Below are positions 54,075 through 64,000 of a stretch of 64,000 nt of DNA, in pieces. The translations under genes were made by a program, and so were the position numbers. Origin of the DNA: Octopus vulgaris. Lineage: Eukaryota. The stretch covers positions 28,768,001-28,832,000 of the forward strand of contig OX597820.1 of assembly GCA_951406725.2 (NCBI GenBank), read 5' to 3'. Each line of letters starts with the position of its first letter. The stretch's first letter is position 1. The notes below the pieces were generated by a model, which saw nothing but the letters and a program-made list of their open reading frames with translations, was not told the DNA's origin and did not search any database.

Positions 54075-54986
54075 GGTATTTCATCCGTCTTTATGTTCTG
54101 AGTTCAAATTCCGCCGAGGTTGACTTTGCCTTTCATCCTTTCTGGGTCCATAAATTAAGTATCAGTTGCGTACTAGATTCGATCAAATCAGCTGGCACCC
54201 TCCCCCAAAATTTCAAGCTTTGTGCCTAGAGTAGGAAAAGAATATTATGATGTTTCAATCGCACCAATATTTCTCTTGTCTTTCCGGTTGTTGATATTAC
54301 CTGTTGGTTACCACTTCTGACACAAAGTTATCACGCAATTTTGTTTGTTGTTCTTGTTTTGTTTTTTGTTTTGTTTTGTAAGGTGGGGTTGCTTTTTGTT
54401 TATGGCGTGTTTTTCTTAGGTGGAGATGGCTGGCAGGAAGCAAGAATGAACTCACAACGTACAAAACCCAATCTTTTGTCACTTCCTTCCATTCCATTGT
54501 CTGTTCCCGGTACTTTATTTAATGATTTCAAATAAAAGAAAAACAATACATTCCTCAGTGGCATTTGGACTCAGAGGATTGGAAAAAATAATGTTTTATG
54601 TGTTCTGACGTTCAAAAGACTCTGTCGCAGTTCGCCACTTGAGATTAAACAAAACAAAAAGGCCATACATATAAAATGACTATTTTGGTTCTCGTTATAA
54701 TATGCGAAAGTTACTTTGAGCAATATCCTTCATAAAAAATCTATTTTGTTTTCCAAGACTTTCACATCGTATGAGAAAATGATAAATAGATATTGATTTA
54801 CCATAGTTATTTCATTAATAGATGTATTAGAGATGGCGGCGGCTGACATTTAATTTGACAACATTAGTTATTCTGGACTTAGAATAGCCTCGGATTTAGG
54901 CTCAAGAACAGCAATTATAAGAAGGCCGATACTATCGATCCCAGTACTTTACCTTATCTACACCGGAGCAATTCAGAACGTAAATA

Positions 54987-55272
54987 CTTTTTTATGCGCC
55001 CTTTTCAAGCCTAGCCAGGCTCATGCGCCCGGTTTCCCGGTTTCTGTGGTGTATGTGTTCCCCCAGTTGGACGGAGCGCCAGTCCATCACAGCGTTACCC
55101 AAGAAACAGGAAGAAAGAGTGAGAGAAAGATGGGGCGAAAGAGTACAACAGGGGTCGACACCACCCGCTGGTGGAGCTTTAGGTGTTTTCGCTCAATAAA
55201 CACACACAACGCCCGGTCTGGGAATCGAAACCGCGAGTCTGCTGCCCTAACCACTGGGCCATTGCGCCTCCA
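54987..55272 (-). mobile_element. SINE-B2 inserted in an old SINE-A
   Basis: TSD TCAGAACGTAA at 54973-54983 and 55274-55284. Confidence 0.88.
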
Positions 55273-55369
55273 CTCAGAACGTAAGTGGCTGGGAGAAATA
55301 CAGTAAAGCAATTTTCTGACGCTCTAACGATTCTTCCACCTCACCGCCTAATTCCGGGCTTACAATTCT

Positions 55370-55765
55370 TTCGAACAAGGACAGAAATTTTGAGGTGAGG
55401 GGACAAATCTATAACATCGATCCCAATAGTTCACTGGAATTTTATCTTTGACCCCCAGTAGGGATTAAAAGGCAACGTTATCATCGATGAAATTTGAGCT
55501 CAGAATTTAAAGATTCGTAAGAAATGCCGTGAAGAATTTATTTTCTCTTTCACGGTTTTCCAGCTCACCATCTTATTCTGGACATATAGTTTTCTCTTCT
55601 ACGGGAAATATGCTTGAATTCTGAGGTGAGACACAGCTGGTTGATTACTTTGACCCTCATTGCTCAAATAATATTTATGTTATCAACACCCGAAAGACTG
55701 AAAGGAAAAGTTGACTTCGATGGAATTTGAACTTAGAATGTAAAGAACCGGAAGAAATACCATAC
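55370..55765 (-). mobile_element. Two old SINE-A-like copies
   Basis: Degenerate GACCCC..AAAGGCAA...GAAATTTGAGCTCAGAA and CCCGAAAGACTGAAAGGAAAAGTTGAC...GAATTTGAACTTAGAA. Confidence 0.65.
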
Positions 55766-55821
55766 TATTGATCATTTATCTAAAAATACATCCAGTTCAT
55801 CGTTTAATACTGAACTTAAAA

Positions 55822-56410
55822 TTATTTCTTTATTGCCCACAGGGGGCTAAAATAGAGGGGCAAACAAGGACAGACAAACGGATTAAGGTCGATTACATCG
55901 ACCCCGGTGCATAACAGGTACTTATTCAATCGACCCCGAAAAGATGAAAGCAAAGTCGACTGCGGGGGAATTTGAACTCAGAACATAGCGGCAGACGAAA
56001 TACCTACTTCTCTACTACCCACAAGGGGCTAAACACAGAAGGGACAAACAAGGACAGACAAACGGATTAAGTCGATTATATACGTAACTGGTACTTATTT
56101 AATCGACCCCGAAAGGATGAAAGGCAAAGTTGACCTCGGCGGAATTTGAACTCAGAACGTAGTGGCAGACGAGATACCTATTTCTTTACTACCCACAAGG
56201 GGCTAAACACAGAGAGGACAAAGAAGGACAGACAAACAGATTAAGTCGAGTACATCGACCCCAGTGCGTAACTGGTACTCATTTAATCGAACCCGAAAGG
56301 ATGAAAGGCAAAATCGACCTCGGCGGAATTTGAACTCAGAACGTAGCGGCAGACGAAATACCGCTAGATATTTCGCCCGGCGTGCTAACGAATCTGCCAG
56401 ATCGCCGCCC
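55822..56410 (-). mobile_element. SINE-A three-unit array (all tail 1)
   Basis: Minus-strand junctions GAAATA|GGTATCTCGTCTG (~56178) and GAAGTA|GGTATTTCGTCTG (~56004). Confidence 0.9.
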
Positions 56411-57473
56411 TCTACTTCTCAACTTATAATGTCGTCATTTGAGAAATGAAAGTCAAAGTCTATTCCAATGGGATTTGAACCCAGAGCCAAAGAAGATAAT
56501 TGCTAATTGCTTTAGATAATTAATGATCATTTGTCGCTCTTCTGGGTTCAGCATTCTGACCACTTTCTCTATAAATATACATTAATATCGTATAATTGAT
56601 ATGTCAGATAAATTATCGACTATTTTACGTAGAATTATGAGTGGATATTATATTTAGTAACGTGCTTCCTCTGATCCGCTACTCCGGGAACACCATTATT
56701 CTCTGAAAGGAAATATTAAACTCCTTTATTTTCTTTAGTTATTTTTTTTATTGTTACACAGATAAGAGTCAGTGGGAAATTTAACACAGTATTATATCCA
56801 GCGGATGTGATAATATAATTTTATCCATAACCGCTTAAAACCAAAGAAACGTGTAGGCTGCAATTGATCGCAATAAATAAAGCGATTTGTTAAAATTGTT
56901 TTTCATATTGTATTACTTACAAAGATTAACAAAAATATGATGAAATTTTGTTTTTTCGTCATTCTCAAGACTATATATTAAATAAATTGTTTATTTATTA
57001 CAATATTGATATATTTTTTTTTCATATACGAAATTCTCAATATACCCATTTATATAATATTTCAGATAAATAAAGGTACACCACATGTCAAAATAATGGC
57101 ATGGCAGATTCAAAGTTTATATCTCAATAGACGAAGATTAAACATCTCTTTTCTCCGGTGCCTTTTATTCTGAGTGCTGTGGGGAAGATGTTAGAAATAG
57201 AGGATAGATGACATCGGCAAGTTTTCTGTAAGTATATGATGACATACGTGCATAGATACACACTTACATACATATATACATGCATATTAATATTAATGTT
57301 TCGCTTAAGGAAGGTGAGACGGTGTTAGAATTCAATACCCATATGCTTCAGAGGAAAGCGTTAGTCGAATACTAAGCGTAAAAAGAGATTATATAAAGAA
57401 AAGGAACAATATATTATGTAATGAACTTTATTACAAAAGTTCTCGTTGCCTTGTCAATTGTATAATCTCAAAC

Positions 57474-57544
<71 letters not shown>

Positions 57545-57549
57545 CAGAC

Positions 57550-57594
<45 letters not shown>

Positions 57595-57658
57595 CATACA
57601 TACATACATACATACATACATACATACATACATACATACATAATGATAATAATAATAA
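57474..57658. repeat. (GATA)n-(TACA)n-(TAA)n compound microsatellite
   Basis: Read directly from the sequence. Confidence 0.95.
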
Positions 57659-59261
57659 TTATGCAATACCAAGCACTCACTGGCTCTCATGTCTTCTGAT
57701 TTTAACTGACTGGAAGTGTTATCATATACATGATTTGTCTTGGTGTAAAGATGGGCTACAACATATATTCTGCTGATAATAAGTGCATCTTTGATCACAA
57801 GCAGAAGTAATGGTGGGGAGGATCATAGCCATGTGTTGAGAGGAATTCTTTGGGAGCTTGAATAATTCACCTCTGAAAATGTGGGTGTTTTGTTAATCAT
57901 CCTTAAACAACTCATATTCATGATCCTTTTGAGCGGGATGGGCTACTCGATCTGAAGAAAAATTATAAGTAGGCACCACCTGCAAAGTCATGCGCTGTTT
58001 ATCTTGATATGAGATAACTATGTGGCACACATATGGTTGTGATGCATGTACCCTTATCAGATGGGCATTCAAGATGGGTATATTGAAATTCGTATATTTG
58101 TACTTCAGTGTCATTTTCATGTCATGTGCTGCTCTCTCACTCATTATTAATAATAATGAGCTTGATGTTTACAACACTTTGATTCACCCTAACCCAACTG
58201 AAATTTTTTTTTAATACAGTAAATATCAGCAATACGCCAAAGAAAGAAATGCCGGAGTGAAAGCTAGAAGTACATACATAGTATACAGTATAAAACCCAA
58301 ATAGGCAGAACAGTGAACAATAAAAGGCATATAAAAAGGAAAGGGTGCATAGGCACATTAAAAATAATGTTGGCGAAGTTTGGGAATCGTGGAATATTTG
58401 AAGGTTACAGTGCCCCGATAGCTAGCAACCAATCTGAGTAGTTTATTTCATGTTTCGACAATTTGGGGCGTGAAAATATTTTCCTAGATATTAATCACCA
58501 TCGCTACCAATATCACCACGCAAGTATTTAGTAAATAACCCCTGAGAATAACGAAACCATTACCAACAAATTCAATCCTAAACGGCAATCGAATATCGAA
58601 TGTATATCGTGTGATATCAATATAAGTATTTGCATAACTTCTAGTGTCCGCGGCAGACTTATTAGATTTATGAGTCATGTGAAAGGCGTTACCGATATAA
58701 TTTATACGAATAGATTGGTATGTATTGATTATTTTGTGACTAAGCGGCACAATCGAGTATGCAATAGTTGATGACCATATAAGGAAGAAGAACAGAAAGT
58801 CTAATGACAACCGCTTCATTTTGAAAAGCGTAATTTTAGATCAGTAGATTTTTTTTCTATTTTTTGTTGTTTTACTGTTTTTCTTTCGCTTTGTAAAATC
58901 CGCCATTACACAGTAAATTCTATTTCGAGAAATACTCTCTGTAGTCGTTGGATTGGGATATAAACCATAGATTACTGCTACTAAATGCAACATCCTGGAT
59001 ACTATATTAATTAAATGATACCCTTTGTCACATTTTGTAGCTTTTTTAAACCGCTTTTAAGCTACTAATCTCATTGATCAGTATATTAATCTTCTCATCG
59101 CCATTTATATCCAGCAATAATTTTACAATACACTGGGTGCTATTTTTGTGCATTGACTAGCTCTACATACAATATGAGATTGTGCAAGACATAAATGGAT
59201 GCTGACATCATTTAAAACATTGTTAATGAACCATCTACACATTAGAAGAAATATATTGCTG

Positions 59262-59545
59262 TTTGGTTAAAAAATTTGCTTTTCAACCACGTACTTTTGG
59301 TGTCTTCTATAATTGCCCCGGGTCGAATGTCTTGTCTTCTGAGGAAATTTAGTTGTACGTATGTGTGTGTGTTTAGTATACCTTCTACTCCTTAAAGACC
59401 AATGTTAGTTTGTTTATATCCCATAAATTAGAGGTTCAGCAAACGTGTACTAGCACACTTTAAAATAAGCGCTGGACTTGATTTGTTGGACTAAATGCTT
59501 GAAGGCGATAAACCAACATGGCCGCAGTCCAACGACTAACAATTG
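59262..59545 (+). mobile_element. Highly decayed SINE-C
   Basis: GTGTCTTCTATAATTGCCCCGGGTCGA and CAACATGGCCGCAGTCCAACGACT. Confidence 0.55.
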
Positions 59546-60040
59546 CAAGAAAGGAAATAGAAAGGTAAAAATTTCCTAGCACTAGAGAATGTTAACTTAA
59601 TCGGGGGAGTCTTACGAGTGTAACATGGTTCTATCCTTAATCCAAATGCTACGCCCGTCCGGGATTTCTCCCCACCCCAATCTCTCTTTACTTTTCTGAA
59701 ATTCGACAAAGATAATGCGATGAGTGGTAACATTTCACAGCGTTTCGAATGAGGCACCCATAGAAATCCATAAGCTTACCTCACTCGACATCTGCTCATC
59801 ATTGAACAGCCTCCTGGATGTGACTTGCATCAATTCACTGATTATTTAATGCACTTTTTAATCGCCTGCACTGACGATTAAAAAGTGCATTTTGTGCACT
59901 AATTATGAAATCATATGATCTGCGGCTGAATCTGTTTTTTAAAAGGCTCGCTTCGAGAGTTGCATTCCCTCGCGTTCGGTACAATGTGTATATTATGGTG
60001 GCTTTGACCTTTAAGAGTCCCTCCTAGCGTGAGGCATTTA

Positions 60041-60069
60041 TGTGTAGTAATGCCCTTAATATAAATAAA

Positions 60070-60127
<58 letters not shown>

Positions 60128-60187
60128 AAGTATGTATATATGTATGCATGTATGTGTGTGTGTAGTAATGCCCTTAATATAAATTAA

Positions 60188-60265
<78 letters not shown>

Positions 60266-60298
60266 GTATGTATATATGTATGCATGTATGTGTGTGTG
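60041..60298. repeat. Tandem duplication of a ~120-135-bp microsatellite-containing unit
   Basis: GTAGTAATGCCCTTAATATAAAT...(TA)n(TG)n AAGTATGTATATATGTATGCATG occurs twice. Confidence 0.85.
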
Positions 60299-60346
60299 TT
60301 TTGTAGTATGTGTCCTTAAACATATTTTCAGGCATAGAAGTGATTA

Positions 60347-60800
60347 GGCGCAGGCATGGCTCTATGGTTAGGAATTGAGCTTCTCAACTACATGGTTCTG
60401 TCCTATTGATTGCTACCTTGCAAAAATGTATTCCGCTATAGACTCGGGCCAATCATAGTCTTGTGGAGTTGATGTGGTAGACGGAAACTGAAGGAAGCCC
60501 GTCGTATATGTGCGTGAGTGTGTGTGTTTGAATGTGTGCATGTGCATGTATGCATGTGCGTTCGTGCATGTGTGTGATTGTGTATAGCTTTGTGTCTGCG
60601 CTTGTCCTCCACTACCGCTTGACAACCGGTGTTGGTGTGTTTACGTCCCGGTAAGTTAGCAGTTCGTCAAAAGATACTGATAGATTAAATATCAGGCGCT
60701 AAGAAAAAGATGATAAAATAAGTAGTAGAGTTGATTTTGTTTTACTAAAATTCTTCAATGGCCACAAGTCTATTGACTGAAACAAGTAAAAATTAAAAGA
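60347..60800 (+). mobile_element. SINE-C (older copy)
   Basis: GGCGCAGGCATGGCTCTATGG...GGTAGACGGAAACTGAAGGAAGCCCGTCG...GACTGAAACAAGTAAAA. Confidence 0.8.
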
Positions 60801-61640
60801 TATTATTGAGTTTTTGTTTCGTTTTTTTTTTCTCTGTTTCCGAAAAATGTTCGTCGTGACGGATCTTAATTTACAAGTTGGAAATCAATGGAACCATACA
60901 TTAAGAATTACGGAAATGTACCCCATGCTGAGATTTATAAAAAAGCAAATTTCCGTTACGCCGAGATGCCTAAATACAAATGTAAATTTGTACATGCAGG
61001 CACAAAAACACATCCCTACACCTACATACACAGAGGCATATACACCTACACACGCACATATATATATATATATATATACATACATACATACATACATACA
61101 TACATACATACATACATACATACATACATACATACATACATACATTAGAGACATTGTAAGACATTATAAAACTTCTCCATCAGAGACTCTTTAGATGAAT
61201 AGATGCACATACTTAGGTGTATTCATCGACAGTTCAACCAACACACCAACTCAACCACATATCTACAGACACCGGGAACTCTCTTCACACAAAAAAGTAT
61301 TGTCGCTTTGTTAGCGACCAGCTTGAACTCTGTTAAGAATTTAAATGAAACTCAAAGAAAGCTAACATGAGATGTATAATAAACTGCAGTTAATTTTGCT
61401 GTACTTTTTAAAGCATTTCATGTTGTGTTCAGTTGACTAAGTATTAGCATAGTTATATCGTAGTAGACATCAACAGTATGAAATCAATAGCACCAGATAC
61501 AATCAAATAACTGGAAAAATAAATAAACCCACGCAGTACCAATGCCTTGTTGAGAACTTTTTCACTTCGTCATACAAATTTACATAATACTCATCTCTAC
61601 ACACACACACACACACACACCTGTACATATACATACAGAT

Positions 61641-61850
61641 ACTCTTTTACTTGCTTCAGTCATTTGACTGCGGCCATGCTGGAGCACCGCCTTTAATCGA
61701 GCAACTCGACCCCGGGACTTATTCTTTGTAAGCCCAGTACTTATTTTATCAGTCCCTTTTGCCGAACCGCTAAGTGACGGGGACATAAGCACACTAGCAT
61801 CGGTTGTCAAGCAATGCTAAGGGGACAAAGACAGACACACAAACACACAC

Positions 61851-61889
<39 letters not shown>

Positions 61890-62049
61890 TACGACGGTCT
61901 TCTTTCAGTTTCCGTCTACCAAATCCACTCACAAGGCTTTGGTCGGCCCGAGGCTATAGTAGAAGACACTTGCCCAAGGTGCCACGCAGTGGGACTGAAC
62001 CCGGAACCATGTGGTTGGTAAACAAGCTACTTACCACACAGCCACTCCT
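61641..62049 (-). mobile_element. SINE-C full-length (young)
   Basis: Head GGAGTGGCTGTGTGGTAAG...GGGTTCAGTCCC, internal (TA)n and tail GGTGCTCCAGCATGGCCGCAGTCAAATGACTGAA. Confidence 0.92.
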
Positions 62050-62065
62050 AAATTACTACTACTAC

Positions 62066-62412
62066 GGTACTACGTCGGTTACGACGCCGAAGGTTCCAGT
62101 TGGTCCAATCAACGGAGCATCTTGCTCGTGAAATTAACGTGCATTCCACAGACACGTGTTCTCGAGGAGATCCAGTGTGATGCAGAGTGTGACAAGGCTG
62201 GTCCTTTGAAATACAGGTACAACGGAAAGAGGAAAAAGAGTGAAAGTTGTGGGGAAAGAGTACACCACAGTTCGCCACCACCCTCTGCCGGAGCTTCGTG
62301 GAGCTTTAAGTGTTTTCGCTCATTAGACACTCACAAAACCCGATCTGGAAATCGAAACCGCGATTCTATGACCGCGAGTTCACTGCTCGAACAACTGGGC
62401 CATTGCGCATCC
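62066..62412 (-). mobile_element. SINE-B1 (diverged)
   Basis: Homologous to 45592-45974. Confidence 0.85.
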
Positions 62413-64000
62413 GCATATATAAAAATACCCACATATGTATATGCTTGTGTGTATGTAAGTATGTGTGTATGTAAGTATGTGTGTGTGTATGTATGTATGT
62501 ATGTATGTATGTATGGATGGATGGATGGATGGATGGATGGATGGATGGATGTATATGTGCAGATTTGTATGCTTTGTTTTATGTATGTATTCCCATGCAT
62601 ATACTTGCACATCTAGATGTGCGCATATATACTTAAATAATAAAATTCAAGAAAGTTTTACAGATTTTTACAGTTCCAGTGATAGATTGGTTTTGTAGTC
62701 TTCGAATCAGCCTTCACCTTTCTGGCTTTGAAAAGCCTAATTTTTCAAGATTGGTATTTAGGCTGTGTGTTATATATCCCATTTCCCCAATAATTACAGG
62801 TATAAATTTGAACTTGTAGTCTGAATAGAGTAACTACAGATTTCTCAATAGTTCAGCGTATATAAGTATGCATGTATGTATGTATGTATGTATGTATGTA
62901 TGTATGTATGTATGTATATGCATATGTTTATATCACAGTGTAAGTGTTTAACATAAAGGAAATAAATAAGATGGCTTCTCTTACATACTTATCGGAATGC
63001 AAACACATGAATGTATAGTATAATAAATTGACGCGTATTCATCTTACTGTCGGTAAGAATATAGATTTGTTTGTATCCATCTCAATATATCACCATTTCT
63101 TCTCCGCATCATATTTTAAGGATGGAGCCCTGCTAATGTATCTATAAATATACAAACGTCATGCCATTATGTAGATACGGTACATCTGCACTATAACCAT
63201 TTATTGCATTGTCAGATTGGGTTTTTGTTGGGTTTTTTTGGTGGTAGGCTTTCCTATTCATCTTAGTCCTTTCCAATATTATATGAATTAACACGTAAAA
63301 TATTTTTCTCGTGGTATTTTTATGGGTTTGTGCAGCTCTGCTCTTTCCCTATATTCGTCGTTTTGAAAATTTGGAAAATAAATTTTCGTCTTTTCCGACA
63401 TATGGCGATTGAGTGTGCCAAGCAGAACAAAACGAACACATTTATCTGACAACCCAATACTACCACCTTCATATATCTGTTGACTTTGTAACTGTATAGG
63501 TAATCACATTTTCACAATAGTTTTCATTTAAAAAATTTAACCAGGTGTCATCTTCAAGCAAAAGACGTTATATACGAAATTAATCGATATTAATTGCTAG
63601 AATTGAATTTCAGAAACGAGTTAATATCTTTCGAATGAAAATAATTACCACATAATTCAGTTATACTTTTGAATAAGCAAAAGCCTATTCTTTCTATTAT
63701 ATGAATTTCACTTTGGTTTAGCTGTTAAAATCTAATCAAAAATCTATAATTAATTGCCTTTCACACGTCTTTTATTTCCATTTTGTTCATTTCGATTTCA
63801 ATGAATTCGTTTGACAGTAGATCTAACTAAATGCATAGCAACCTGTAAGAGATACGTTTAGGATGAGATCAAAGCCTTGAGCAAAACTTCTTGAATGCAG
63901 AAACGAATATAAGACTTCGTTACATGATACCACCAATTTAATGATACTGATGATATTAAATCCGATAAAATTCTTAGATCCTTATCGTAGCTATCCATGG

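Larger units (their letters stand above)
52843..54245 (+). mobile_element. Nested SINE-A array: two tail-1 units, a Tx1-like LINE fragment (itself hit by SINE-B1), then the tail-2 unit
   Basis: Junction sequences GGTATTTC lie at ~52872, 53081, 53265 and 54075. Confidence 0.9.

Noticed and set aside
59780-59830. Possible minus-strand first coding exon MQVTSRRLFNDEQMSSE with a GAG|GTAAGC donor
   Set aside because: The donor is good, but there is no recognisable homology or linked exon; it needs RNA-seq.

Overview
This is an AT-rich, repeat-dense metazoan window with many microsatellites. The tRNA-derived SINE families and the (TA)n/(TACA)n/(GATA)n density look like an Octopus (coleoid cephalopod) genome, which is an inference. 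I can support no host protein-coding gene; almost all ORFs in the track are microsatellite or SINE artefacts. Recognisable content includes three tRNA-headed SINE families (here A, B, C) and decayed CR1-like, RTE, R4/Dong-like and L1/Tx1-like LINE fragments. There are also two Tc1/mariner transposase relics, a non-autonomous Helitron and several foldback/TIR elements. Two observations stand out. (1) SINE-A forms tandem arrays that always join at one 13-bp site in its own head. A Tx1-like LINE 3' end with a similar tail sits in that same site with a matching duplication, suggesting a SINE-targeting LINE and a self-targeting SINE. (2) A 530-bp element with near-perfect 128-bp inverted ends, inserted in (TA)n, carries a foldable type I hammerhead ribozyme.
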